Source: a virus
Taxonomy: Duplodnaviria > Caudoviricetes
Reading direction: 5' to 3' (one strand)
IMG/VR virus record: IMGVR_UViG_3300042260_000337
DNA length: 64,000 bases
Part shown: positions 21,017 to 30,780 of the stretch, in pieces
Layout of the letters: each line of letters opens with the position of its first letter
How positions within the stretch are numbered: position 1 is the first letter of the stretch
The notes under the pieces: generated by a model
What the model was told of the DNA's origin: nothing
The model's database searches: none
Seen by the model: only the letters and a program-made list of their open reading frames with translations
Translations under genes and position numbers: made by a program

Positions 21017-22432
21017 ATGCAACAACAGCTATCTGATTACAACTGGAATGTAAACTTAGAACAGCGACTTCAAAACATGAAGTCGCTGTTGAACTCTACT
21101 GGAACTGGATTTTGTTTGGCAAAATTCAAACAAGTTACTATGCATCTTTCTCTTGGCAAGGTGCATTCTTGCCACCATCCATATGCACACAAGATTGACC
21201 CAGTGGACGTTCAACAAAATCCAAGTTTACTGTTTAATACGCCAGTGCTGAAGACAGCTAGAAAAGAAATGTTGTCTGGTGAGCGCCCGTCAGAGTGTAA
21301 CTACTGTTGGAGAGTAGAAGATTCTGACGATGAAAACTTTTCTGATAGACATCTAAAAAGTTCCGATACCTGGGCAATTGACGATCACGATACCATTGCA
21401 TCTTACACTGGTGATGAAGATATATACCCATCGTATTTGGAAGTTAGTTTTAATAACGCATGTAATTTGAAATGTCTGTATTGCGGACCAGAGTTCAGTT
21501 CAAAATGGGCAGAAGAAATAAAGAGCAATGGGCAAATACCCTTACTATCAGGCACAAAAGACTTTGAAATACATAATTATTTTAGGCCAAATGCTATTAT
21601 AAAGAACAGAGAATATAATCCATACACTGAAGCATTTTGGAAATGGTGGCCAGAAGTATATAAGCATCTTCAGGTTTTTAGAATTACTGGCGGCGAACCT
21701 TTAATGAGCAAAGACACGTTTAAATCACTGGACTGGTTTATAGAAAACCCAAATAAAAATTTAGAATTATGTATCAATAGCAATTTCAGCGTCGAAGATT
21801 CGTTATGGAAAAAGTTTATTGACAAAATAATCACGTTGCAAAATTCAGGAAACGTTAAAACCATAACCATATATACAAGTGTTGAGGCATGGGCTGAACG
21901 TGCAGAATATATAAGAACTGGTCTTGATTTTAATTTGCTATTGAATAGAATTGATGAGTGTTTATCCAAGGGAGTTCGCGTGGATATTATGGCAGCGTTC
22001 AACATACTGTCATTATCATCATATAAGCAATTGTTACAATGGGTTTTAAGCAGAAAAAAAATATATAATAAAGATAAAACACTAATTGCAATAGATACTG
22101 CATACGTTCGTGGCCCCGACCATTTGGATGCAATATTTTTAACAAGTGACCTGTTAAATTACTTAAAAGATATTACAGATTATGTCAAACAAAATATTTC
22201 AAATGATGGATATCACATGTATGAATATGAGAAAGTATCCAGAATATATTCAACTGTTTTGAATAGAAAAATATCAACGCAATCTAAAATTAAATGCAGA
22301 GCAAAGTTTTTTGATTACATTAATGAACTTGATACTCGGTATGGCGTAAAATTTCTAAATTGCTTTCCCGAATATTCTAAATATTACAGAGTTGCAAAGA
22401 AAGCCAGAAAGAGATTTAAGGATATAAGATGA
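21017..22432 (+). CDS. Radical SAM protein 2 with N-terminal twitch-type domain, paralog of rSAM1
   Basis: 'CNLKCLYC', 'ITGGEPL'; N-terminal 'FCLAKF...SCHH...CNYCW'. Confidence 0.9.
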   Translation: MQQQLSDYNWNVNLEQRLQNMKSLLNSTGTGFCLAKFKQVTMHLSLGKVHSCHHPYAHKIDPVDVQQNPSLLFNTPVLKTARKEMLSGERPSECNYCWRVEDSDDENFSDRHLKSSDTWAIDDHDTIASYTGDEDIYPSYLEVSFNNACNLKCLYCGPEFSSKWAEEIKSNGQIPLLSGTKDFEIHNYFRPNAIIKNREYNPYTEAFWKWWPEVYKHLQVFRITGGEPLMSKDTFKSLDWFIENPNKNLELCINSNFSVEDSLWKKFIDKIITLQNSGNVKTITIYTSVEAWAERAEYIRTGLDFNLLLNRIDECLSKGVRVDIMAAFNILSLSSYKQLLQWVLSRKKIYNKDKTLIAIDTAYVRGPDHLDAIFLTSDLLNYLKDITDYVKQNISNDGYHMYEYEKVSRIYSTVLNRKISTQSKIKCRAKFFDYINELDTRYGVKFLNCFPEYSKYYRVAKKARKRFKDIR

Positions 22433-23235
22433 AAAAAATTGCAGTTATAGGGTGTAGTCACAGTTCGTATGACCAAGTTTTTCATGGACCTAGTAGCGAT
22501 GGAAAAGACTGGGTTCATCATGTGTCAACTATTGCCCCAGAGTTTGAATTTCATAGTTTTGCGTGTGAAGGGCATGGTCCATTATATTATGACTACACTC
22601 TCAAAGAGATCGCAACAAAATACGAGCCTAAGTTTTTTGACACCTTGATAGTTCAATACACGGTCGGGGGGAGATGGATATTTCCTCTTAACGCTGGAAA
22701 TCTATGGAACCCAAACCAAAATACCTATACCGATTTTGATTCGACCAATATCACTGACAACTACAAATTCTATAAGCTATTTCCGCAGCGTGTCTCATTG
22801 TCCAGAAACCGAGCGACAGCGTGGCATGTAAATAGAAAAGATTACTTGTATCGCAGAAGGATACGACAAATAGAAGTATCGTTGGATGAAATATACCAGC
22901 CCGATGGTATTGTTACAACATACGAATCAAATTTCTCAAGGACATTGGTTCCTTTATATGGTCAGTATTTTAACAATATTTTTTATTTCGATTTTAGCAA
23001 TACAATGTTTAACGCAACTACTACGGACAAAGATTTTCAATATAGAAACAATATTGGATGGGATAAACCATTTAAGAACTATGTAACAGACAAATATGGA
23101 TTAGAATACGTGGCGGAATTTTTGTTTGATAGCTCGTTTCACTGCTCAAAACTTGGAAATGAAGTGTTGGTGAATGAATATCTAAATGAGAGTCTTCTTG
23201 GGGATTATCTAGGAACAAGAGGTAAACTAGTTTGA
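22429..23235 (+). CDS. SGNH/GDSL-like hydrolase or acyltransferase
   Basis: N-terminal 'IAVIGCSHS' (block I Ser) and C-terminal 'DSSFHCSKLGN' (D..H). Confidence 0.5.
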   Translation: MKKIAVIGCSHSSYDQVFHGPSSDGKDWVHHVSTIAPEFEFHSFACEGHGPLYYDYTLKEIATKYEPKFFDTLIVQYTVGGRWIFPLNAGNLWNPNQNTYTDFDSTNITDNYKFYKLFPQRVSLSRNRATAWHVNRKDYLYRRRIRQIEVSLDEIYQPDGIVTTYESNFSRTLVPLYGQYFNNIFYFDFSNTMFNATTTDKDFQYRNNIGWDKPFKNYVTDKYGLEYVAEFLFDSSFHCSKLGNEVLVNEYLNESLLGDYLGTRGKLV

Positions 23236-24497
23236 TTAATTTACATGAAAATAAACACATATGTGCATTGGCATGGAACCATCTTCACGTTACGATAGAA
23301 GGGCGTGTTGCGCCCTGTTGCGTTTATACATCTTATACGTCAGAATCAGAGAAGCTATATAACTTGAAAACACATACTTTGTCTGAGGCTATAAACAGCC
23401 CTGGAATGAAAGAGATGCGAAAGGCAATGATTGAGGGAAAGCCCCATGGATTGTGTTCCGTATGCGATTACAATTTAGAGAATGGCATTAGGTCACCAAG
23501 GGATAAATTCAATGAACGATATATGGAACAAACTATAAATCTGATAGAAAAAACAAATCCAGATGGTTCTCTCGACATTGAAAATTTTAATCCAATATAC
23601 GTAGATTTTCGATTCAGCAATCTGTGTAATTTGAGATGCCGTATGTGTTCTATCCAAGCAAGCAGCGCATGGTACAACGAAACAGTAGAATACAACAAAC
23701 TAACAAATGGTGGACCCGTATACTATGATAAGAAGTTTGAAAACAATAATTCTAGCGAACAAGTAATACACTTACTTGACAGTGTTGAACACATGTATTG
23801 GGCTGGCGGCGAACCGTTATTACTTGATGAGCATTATTCTATACTGAAGCATTTGATAGATTCGGGTAGGGCTGCGCAAGTAAGTCTGGTTTACAACACA
23901 AACATGACGATTTCAAAATACAAAGGAACTCCTGTAGTAGAATACTGGAAGCATTTCAAACACGTATTCGTAGTTGGTAGTATAGATGGCATTGAAGCAG
24001 TGTCAGATTACATACGAACTGGATCGTCATGGGAAAAAACAAAGGAAGTTTTCGAATCATTTAAACGGTCTGGATATGAGAACATCCAAGTTCATCCGTG
24101 TTTAACTGTAAGCATGTTGAACATATTATACATTCCAGAACTTGTCAAGTGGCTGTATCAAAATAAATGGTTTGATGACGATATGGCAGAAATCGCCATA
24201 AATTTTGTTGATTACCCACCCGAAATGTCAATAAAATATATTCCAAGAGAACATAGAGAAACACTGAGTAACATGTTTTTAGAACTATACGATTGGTTAC
24301 GAGAGCGTGGCCATCCTCGGTCAGTTGATCCTTTGAATACGATACTGAAATATGTTAATGGGTTTAATTGCTCCGATGATGAAATAGAAAAAAATGTTTT
24401 GTCTCTTATAAGAAGATTGGATATATATGACATAACCGGTAAGCTGAATTGGAGAAACAGCTTACCAGAATTAGAAAAGATATTAAGTGGCTATTGA
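23232..24497 (+). CDS. Radical SAM protein 3 with N-terminal twitch-type domain
   Basis: 'CNLRCRMC', 'YWAGGEPL'; N-terminal 'CALAW...PCC...CSVC'. Confidence 0.9.
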   Translation: MINLHENKHICALAWNHLHVTIEGRVAPCCVYTSYTSESEKLYNLKTHTLSEAINSPGMKEMRKAMIEGKPHGLCSVCDYNLENGIRSPRDKFNERYMEQTINLIEKTNPDGSLDIENFNPIYVDFRFSNLCNLRCRMCSIQASSAWYNETVEYNKLTNGGPVYYDKKFENNNSSEQVIHLLDSVEHMYWAGGEPLLLDEHYSILKHLIDSGRAAQVSLVYNTNMTISKYKGTPVVEYWKHFKHVFVVGSIDGIEAVSDYIRTGSSWEKTKEVFESFKRSGYENIQVHPCLTVSMLNILYIPELVKWLYQNKWFDDDMAEIAINFVDYPPEMSIKYIPREHRETLSNMFLELYDWLRERGHPRSVDPLNTILKYVNGFNCSDDEIEKNVLSLIRRLDIYDITGKLNWRNSLPELEKILSGY

Positions 24498-24920
24498 CTT
24501 TATCATGGTATAGTTTATGTTGTGCTTGAACATCCATACCATTAAGAATTCCTCCATTTTCCATTCTTCATTCTTGACCGCATGTAATGGGGTATTAACA
24601 AGATTGTTTACTGAATGAACCCATCTTGAAAATGTTGTCATTTTGATAAAGGTCATAAATGAATCTGCGTAAAATGTATTATAATTGTCAATAAAGCATA
24701 CCGTGTTTTTTTCTGCTCCATATATATAATCGGTGCGATTTTTTTCTGAAATATTATCTAATGAAAAACTTCTTGGTGAGCATATGACTCCCTTTACTTG
24801 AAGTTTTGTTTTTAGGGTTTCGCTGCTGATATTTTTCATTGCAAGTTGCCATGCTTTTTTATAATGGTTCGAATCTATTCTTGATTCTGGAATTATCCCT
24901 GTTATATATTGTTCAACCAT
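24483..24920 (-). CDS. Hypothetical protein (145 aa), possibly related to the C-terminal half of the 'RYD' family
   Basis: Overlaps the stop of 24913-25884 by 8 nt. Its C-terminal 'EEFLMVWMFKHNI' resembles 'HELIYDIFAKNNI' in 31514-32350. Confidence 0.55.
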   Translation of the reverse strand: MVEQYITGIIPESRIDSNHYKKAWQLAMKNISSETLKTKLQVKGVICSPRSFSLDNISEKNRTDYIYGAEKNTVCFIDNYNTFYADSFMTFIKMTTFSRWVHSVNNLVNTPLHAVKNEEWKMEEFLMVWMFKHNINYTMIKSIAT

Positions 24921-25884
24921 TGTTCCAATAGCTTCCTATTTTTATAAAATCGTCGTTGTCGTTTGGGTTAAGTTCTTTTATTTCTTTATTTGGTCTTGCA
25001 ACAATCATATGTATTTCGTCATGAATATCATTGATAAGTCTTTCTTCAATATTATTCATAGTTCCTCCGTCTTTCCATCTTTCTGAAATGCCTGGTGTTC
25101 TTATAATTGGAACTGAGATCGGACTTCCAAGTCTTCCGAATAGAACATGGAAGTTCATAAAGTCCCTAAATGCTTCATACTTTGGAAATGAGGTGTTTCC
25201 GTATATAGAAGTTTTTTTATGCATATAATCAATCATCTCATAGCATATTCTATCTGCCGCCGCCCCTGTAAATACAATCAACAAGTCATTTATCATATTA
25301 CAAAACATCGTATAGCGCCCAGGGTCGTTTCCTACGTATGCGTGGTTGGATGCGGGACTTATAATAGAATCTGGATCATTTGGCCAAACTTTTAAGTCAT
25401 CTGACGATTTTATTTTTTCTATTAGTTGTGGTATATAATCCATTGGCCTAAAGATTACATCATATCTTAGCATTATCACAGCGTCATAAAATATACCAGT
25501 CTCGGCCTCATATTTCTGTTTTAACAAAAGGCTATCAATCACCCCCGCTGGGGACAATACGCCATGATGATTGAACTCTGTTCTTTCTTTGTTTTCATTT
25601 TGTGTGATTAACTCAAACGGGTCAGTTACAAAATGAATACTTTTTGGATTCAATACATCTGTTATGGTTTTTCTAATATGGTCAACCTCATCATCATTTA
25701 TTGTTTCAACGCCCATCTCCATCAAGCGTCTTGATGCGTGAAATGATAGGCTGTTTTTTGTTGAACAAAATATGTCTATGTTTTCTACATTTATATTGTC
25801 GATTATAGATTTTAAATGTGGCAGACAAACGTCTCCTGAACGATATTGGCCATAAAAACATATAGCCAAGTTTACTATATTCAT
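24913..25884 (-). CDS. 'CxxGQxR/RYD' family glycosyltransferase-like protein (paralog 1)
   Basis: 'NLAICFYGQYR' and 'YDAVIMLRYDVIF'; GGAG RBS; GATAAATA box at 25904-25911. Confidence 0.55.
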   Translation of the reverse strand: MNIVNLAICFYGQYRSGDVCLPHLKSIIDNINVENIDIFCSTKNSLSFHASRRLMEMGVETINDDEVDHIRKTITDVLNPKSIHFVTDPFELITQNENKERTEFNHHGVLSPAGVIDSLLLKQKYEAETGIFYDAVIMLRYDVIFRPMDYIPQLIEKIKSSDDLKVWPNDPDSIISPASNHAYVGNDPGRYTMFCNMINDLLIVFTGAAADRICYEMIDYMHKKTSIYGNTSFPKYEAFRDFMNFHVLFGRLGSPISVPIIRTPGISERWKDGGTMNNIEERLINDIHDEIHMIVARPNKEIKELNPNDNDDFIKIGSYWNNG

Positions 25885-25902
25885 ATGATAAACTCCTTCG
25901 CT

Positions 25903-26880
25903 TTATTTATCTTGGGTTGTAATCCATATACTCATTATTTTGTCAAAGTCATCTTCGTTTGATGGGTTCATATTATTGATGTCTGGATGTGGCCTGACTA
26001 GAGCAAACATTGGCTGAGTTTTTAAGTTGCAATTCGCTCTTTCATCAAAGTTATGTATGTCACCACTTGCTTCATTTTTATTTTTTGGATACTTGGTGAT
26101 ATGCGGGGCATCTATATGATGGAGCGAAATTCTATTTGCTAGATGTGTTAGCATACTGTGGCAATCATACATATGTTTGTATTTACTATACTTATGATTT
26201 TCATTGGTATATACACCAACAACAGTATCAACTAAGTTGACAAGTTCGTAACACAACCTGTCTGCGCCCGAACCAGTAAATGCAATAAATAAATCTGCAA
26301 TAGGATTTGGAAGAATGCTATATGGATGTGTTACATTCATTAAAAATGCGTCATTTATGATTCCCGCTATTATCGAATCTGGGTCGTTGGGCCATATCTT
26401 CAAATCATCTTCTTTTTGCATCTGGTATATGAATTTTTGTATGTAATCAATCGGTCTTATCATTATATCATATCTCATCAAAATTACGGCATCATAAAAC
26501 ATTTCATTCTCTGCTTCATATTGCTGTTTTAACAAAATAGAATCGATGATGCCAGTGAATACATAAAAATCTTTGCGAACATCTGAGTTCATTCTTTCTA
26601 TATCGTCCACTAGGACATTTATTCTTTTAGGAGAGAGTAATTTTTTTAAGGTGTTGACTGTTTTTTCAATTTCGCTGGCATCAACTGAATATACTGAGTT
26701 TATATCAATTTCAGAAATTGACCCATCTGCGGTATGATATGAAACTGTATCTTTTACTGAACAAAATATGTCAACGTTGACATTTTTTATTTGAGTGAGC
26801 ACATCTTTCAAATGCGGAACACATATGTCGCCCGTTCTGTATTGACCATAAAAACAAATTGCAAGATTAGTTATTTTCAT
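25903..26880 (-). CDS. 'CxxGQxR/RYD' family glycosyltransferase-like protein (paralog 2)
   Basis: 'NLAICFYGQYR' and 'YDAVILMRYDIMI'; closely similar to paralog 1. Start is 26880 or 26886. Confidence 0.55.
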   Translation of the reverse strand: MKITNLAICFYGQYRTGDICVPHLKDVLTQIKNVNVDIFCSVKDTVSYHTADGSISEIDINSVYSVDASEIEKTVNTLKKLLSPKRINVLVDDIERMNSDVRKDFYVFTGIIDSILLKQQYEAENEMFYDAVILMRYDIMIRPIDYIQKFIYQMQKEDDLKIWPNDPDSIIAGIINDAFLMNVTHPYSILPNPIADLFIAFTGSGADRLCYELVNLVDTVVGVYTNENHKYSKYKHMYDCHSMLTHLANRISLHHIDAPHITKYPKNKNEASGDIHNFDERANCNLKTQPMFALVRPHPDINNMNPSNEDDFDKIMSIWITTQDK

Positions 26881-26885
26881 ATTCA

Positions 26886-26913
26886 TATTTATGTCAAAAT
26901 AAATGCATAAATA
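26886..26913. promoter_or_regulatory. Back-to-back T4-late-like boxes CATAAATA (minus 26886-26893; plus 26906-26913)
   Basis: Both boxes lie in the divergent intergenic gap. The minus box is 5 nt from ATG 26880. Confidence 0.65.
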
Positions 26914-26934
26914 TAATAATAGTAGGATTTAATT

Positions 26935-28236
26935 TTGACACAACCAATAGATTATAAGAATAACAAAAGAATATGTTCTCTTGCGTGGACACACCTTCAT
27001 GTGACCACTACAGGAAGGGTTGCGCCTTGTGGGCAGTATGTTAATTCAAAATCCCCAGACATAAAACTTGCGAACATACAGGATAGTTCATTGGATGAAT
27101 GTATCAATAGTTCTGGGATGAAATACATTCGTTCCATGATGCTACAGAATAAGCCGAATGAGATGTGTTCATTGTGCGAATACAAAATGCAACAGGGTAT
27201 TGAATCTACTAAAGACAGGTTCAATGCATTATATTTGGAAAAAACTAAATTTGCCATTGAAGCCACACGAGCCGATGGCCATATTGATATAGATGACTAC
27301 AAACCTGTGTTCTTTGATGTTAGATTTGGAAATCTTTGTAATCTTCGATGCCGAATGTGCAACTGGGAAGCAAGTAGTGCATGGTTTGATGAAACAAAGG
27401 AAATAGGAAAACAAAACCTAGTGACCTTTGATACTATAAGATTGGATGATTCAAGCCCAAAATTTGTAGCAAATGGAGCGTATGATAAGATAGAACATCT
27501 TTTGCAGTATGCAGAAAAAATGTATTTTGCTGGAGGTGAACCACTTCTCATGGAAGAACACTACCGAGCACTTCAATATCTAATTGATTCGGGAAAATCC
27601 AAAGATGTCGAATTGCATTACAGCACCAACTATACTATTTCAAAATACAAAGGCAAACTGGTTGCAGATTATTGGAAAGAGTTCAAACAAGTAATAGTGG
27701 CTGGTAGCGTGGATGGCATCGAAGAAGTTTCTGACTACATACGAACAGGATCGTCGTGGGAAAAGATGAAACAGGTTGTATCTGAAATGAAACCGCAGGG
27801 CGACGAATACAATAACATAACCCTGTCTCCATGTTTTTCTGTAAGTATAATGAATATATTTCATAGCCCAAGATTTTTTAAATGGTGTTTTGAAAATGGA
27901 TGGTTTGAAAAAAATCTATCCGTAATCGCCATTAATTATGTAGATTATCCTCCAGATTTGAGTATAAAATATTTGCCTTATGCAGCAAAGAAAACTGTAG
28001 AAGAAGAATATGTTGATTTATCAAGATGGCTAATTGAAAATGGACACCCATTGAGTGCTAAAGTTGTAAACGAAATTATAACGTATATGAATGGGGGAGA
28101 TATCACACAAGCTGATATCGATTATAGAATGAGTCAAGCGGTAAACAGAATGGATGTGTATGACAAAACATCGCATCTCAATTGGAAAGAAACACTACCA
28201 GAGTTGAAACATGCTCTTTTAGCATATATAAAATAG
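26935..28236 (+). CDS. Radical SAM protein 4 with N-terminal twitch-type domain, paralog of rSAM3
   Basis: 'CNLRCRMC', 'YFAGGEPL'; N-terminal 'CSLAW...PCG...CSLC'. TTG start after AGGA. Confidence 0.9.
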   Translation: MTQPIDYKNNKRICSLAWTHLHVTTTGRVAPCGQYVNSKSPDIKLANIQDSSLDECINSSGMKYIRSMMLQNKPNEMCSLCEYKMQQGIESTKDRFNALYLEKTKFAIEATRADGHIDIDDYKPVFFDVRFGNLCNLRCRMCNWEASSAWFDETKEIGKQNLVTFDTIRLDDSSPKFVANGAYDKIEHLLQYAEKMYFAGGEPLLMEEHYRALQYLIDSGKSKDVELHYSTNYTISKYKGKLVADYWKEFKQVIVAGSVDGIEEVSDYIRTGSSWEKMKQVVSEMKPQGDEYNNITLSPCFSVSIMNIFHSPRFFKWCFENGWFEKNLSVIAINYVDYPPDLSIKYLPYAAKKTVEEEYVDLSRWLIENGHPLSAKVVNEIITYMNGGDITQADIDYRMSQAVNRMDVYDKTSHLNWKETLPELKHALLAYIK

Positions 28237-28239
28237 TTC

Positions 28240-28268
28240 TTGAAGTTATTATATAAATTTGGTATAAT
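28240..28268 (+). promoter_or_regulatory. Sigma70-type promoter TTGAAG-17bp-TATAAT
   Basis: -35 at 28240-28245 and -10 at 28263-28268, followed by GAGG RBS and ATG 28299. Confidence 0.7.
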
Positions 28269-28298
28269 GTAATAAAATATTCAAAAAAGAGGTATCCA

Positions 28299-29339
28299 AT
28301 GAATACATATAGAGTCACATATCGTGTTGAGAGTAGCAATATAGAAAAAGCTGCTGACGCCATAGTATTGGGGCAAAGTGTCGGTAATCCAGACATTCGT
28401 TCTTCATATGAAGAAGCAGACGGAATACAACAAAGCAAAGCGGAATTGATTTCCATCAACGGCAACGAGGTAGTGATTGACTTCAAGTGGAGAAACTTGC
28501 ACTCCACGACTGATATTGGTCAAATGCTTTGCACCATAAATGGCGGGCAGAGCGATATCGCACTGTTGGAATCATGCAGAATCGTTGGTCTTGAACTGAA
28601 CCAACCGTTTGTAAAGAAGTCTCCGCACAAGACATTAGTCAAAAGAAATCGTCCAGCAATTGGTAGTATTGTGAAACCAAAAGCTGGACTTACCTCCGAA
28701 CAATTGCGAGACATCACAACACAAATGTGTGATGGCGGAATTGACTTTATTAAAGAAGATGAAATTTTGGCTGACGCTGCGTATCTTCCACTCAGACAGA
28801 GATTGGATATTGTTCAGCCAATTATGGAAAAATATCCTGAAACCGTGTATACATATTGCACAAATGGAAATCCAGAACATCTAGTTTCTCAGCTTGATAT
28901 GGTGAAAGAGTGCAATGGCGATGGAGTTCATATTAATTTCTGGAGCGGCCTTGGGGCTTATTCTGATAGCAACCAACGAGGGTTCTTCACACATTTCCAA
29001 CGAAGTGGAATTAGAGTATTGACTGATCCTAGAAATCCGTGGGGAATTGATTGGCCTGTGTTGGTCAAAATGGCAATTTATCAAGGCATTGATAGTATAC
29101 ATGTTGGTATGATTGGCGGGTATTATCCTGGCGACCATCAAGAGGTTAGAGATGCAGTCAAGCTATGTCAAGAACACAATGTGTGGGCTGCGTTAAGCTG
29201 TGGAATGACACCAGACATAGCGAAGTCAATTCGTGATGAGATTGGAGACCATTGGCTTGCAAATGTTGGCGGATGGTTGCACACTGGGGACAGCATCGAA
29301 CAGAAAATAACTGAATTGCGGATGGCATTTGATGCTTAA
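28299..29339 (+). CDS. RuBisCO-like protein (form IV / RLP)
   Basis: 'SIVKPKAGL' (K175/K177 equivalents), 'GGIDFIKEDE' (carbamylated Lys motif), 'DSIHVG', 'LSCG', 'NVGG'. Confidence 0.9.
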   Translation: MNTYRVTYRVESSNIEKAADAIVLGQSVGNPDIRSSYEEADGIQQSKAELISINGNEVVIDFKWRNLHSTTDIGQMLCTINGGQSDIALLESCRIVGLELNQPFVKKSPHKTLVKRNRPAIGSIVKPKAGLTSEQLRDITTQMCDGGIDFIKEDEILADAAYLPLRQRLDIVQPIMEKYPETVYTYCTNGNPEHLVSQLDMVKECNGDGVHINFWSGLGAYSDSNQRGFFTHFQRSGIRVLTDPRNPWGIDWPVLVKMAIYQGIDSIHVGMIGGYYPGDHQEVRDAVKLCQEHNVWAALSCGMTPDIAKSIRDEIGDHWLANVGGWLHTGDSIEQKITELRMAFDA

Positions 29340-30030
29340 TGTATTGCAGTTGTGTGCTGGTAAAGGGTCAAGGTTTGCAGAATACTCGCAAACCCCTAAA
29401 CCATTTTTAGATGTTCACGGCGACCCAATGTTTGTCGCTGCAATCAAATCTTTGAATTTGGGAAATGATGTTCGCCATCATTTCCTATTTCAAGAACGTG
29501 CGCTAACACAATACAAACCTTCGCAATATGTTGATGGATTGTTTTATGGCATAGACCATTACACTGATGGCGCAGCTACAAGCGCCGCATATGTTATAAG
29601 AAACAATAAGTTTCGACACGAACCATGGTTGATAGTTGACTGTGACTTTATAGTATCATACGATTCTACAACATTCAAATCCGTATACAATCACACGAAT
29701 TGTATTTTCGTTCAAAACCGTTCATTTGATATAAAAAGTAGCTATAGCTGCGTTGACTCAAACATGAATATATTAGGTGTGGCAGAAAAGCAACCTATCA
29801 GTAGATATCGCAACAGCGGTCAATACCATTGGGTTTCTGGCGATGTTTTTATCCAGTCGTATGATTTTTATACAGATAATGGATTGGTGTCTCTTGGTGA
29901 ATACTATACTGCTCCACTATATAACTATGCAATACAGAATGGAATACCAACCATGGCGATTGAGGTTGATAGTTTTACTCCGATAGGAACGCCTATGGAT
30001 TACGAAAGGTATATACATGAGATTCGCTAA
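29332..30030 (+). CDS. Sugar-phosphate nucleotidyltransferase (NTP_transferase fold)
   Basis: 'LCAGKGSRF', 'PKPFLDV', 'TDGAATS', 'VDCD', 'VAEKQPIS', 'GTPMDY'. Confidence 0.85.
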   Translation: MLNVLQLCAGKGSRFAEYSQTPKPFLDVHGDPMFVAAIKSLNLGNDVRHHFLFQERALTQYKPSQYVDGLFYGIDHYTDGAATSAAYVIRNNKFRHEPWLIVDCDFIVSYDSTTFKSVYNHTNCIFVQNRSFDIKSSYSCVDSNMNILGVAEKQPISRYRNSGQYHWVSGDVFIQSYDFYTDNGLVSLGEYYTAPLYNYAIQNGIPTMAIEVDSFTPIGTPMDYERYIHEIR

Positions 30031-30340
30031 ATTATCTGATTTCAAAGGTGGGTGGGTGATTGGAGACTTTGAACCCACTATGCTAAAAACAGACCAGTTT
30101 GAGGTAGCAGTTTTGCACCACACGGCTGGAAAACAAATAGAAAAACACTATCAAGTTATCGCTACTGAATACAATGTCATGATTAGTGGCAAAATGAATG
30201 TAAATGGAACTATCGTCACGTCAGGTGACGTATTTACATATGAACCAATGGAAATTACAGAAGTTGAAGTTCTGGAAGATACAGTGGTCATATGTGTCAA
30301 AACCCCAAGTATTCCAAACGATAAAGTGGTAATTGACTGA
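30017..30340 (+). CDS. Small cupin-fold protein
   Basis: 'KGGWVIGDFEP', 'HYQVIATEYN', 'CVKTPS'; 107 aa. Confidence 0.7.
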   Translation: MRFAKLSDFKGGWVIGDFEPTMLKTDQFEVAVLHHTAGKQIEKHYQVIATEYNVMISGKMNVNGTIVTSGDVFTYEPMEITEVEVLEDTVVICVKTPSIPNDKVVID

Positions 30341-30780
30341 TGCCAATTTTTATCGCACATCGTGGAAATACGAATGGTATAGAATTATCGTTTGAGAATA
30401 GAATAGACTATCTTGGTCACGCACTATCTATTGGGTATGGAATAGAATGTGATGTATGCTACTGGAAAGACAAATATTATTTTGGGCATGATGCGCCGCA
30501 AGAAGAGATAGATACTAATATCCTGTTAGCAGATAATTCATTTTGTCATGCGAAAGATATGCAATCTTTGCTGTATCTGAACTCAATTGGTGCTAATTGT
30601 TTTTGGCATGAAAGCGATAAAATGACATACACTAGTAAAGGAAATATATGGTGCTATCCAGGTGTATTTCCAATTTCAAAAAACGCAGTATGGCTTGATT
30701 TGTTGGGAATACCATTGCCTGAAAATATACATCATACAATATATGGTATTTGTGGAGATACATTCATAAATACCATATGA
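30340..30780 (+). CDS. Minimal GDPD/PLC-like phosphodiesterase
   Basis: 'FIAHRGN', 'IECDV', 'FGHD', 'CHAKD', 'FWHESD', 'ICGD'. Confidence 0.7.
   Translation: MPIFIAHRGNTNGIELSFENRIDYLGHALSIGYGIECDVCYWKDKYYFGHDAPQEEIDTNILLADNSFCHAKDMQSLLYLNSIGANCFWHESDKMTYTSKGNIWCYPGVFPISKNAVWLDLLGIPLPENIHHTIYGICGDTFINTI

Noticed and set aside
28299-29339. Carbon-fixing RuBisCO as an auxiliary metabolic gene
   Set aside because: The protein is short, appears to lack the H294, K334 and E60 equivalents, and has no small subunit or phosphoribulokinase nearby.
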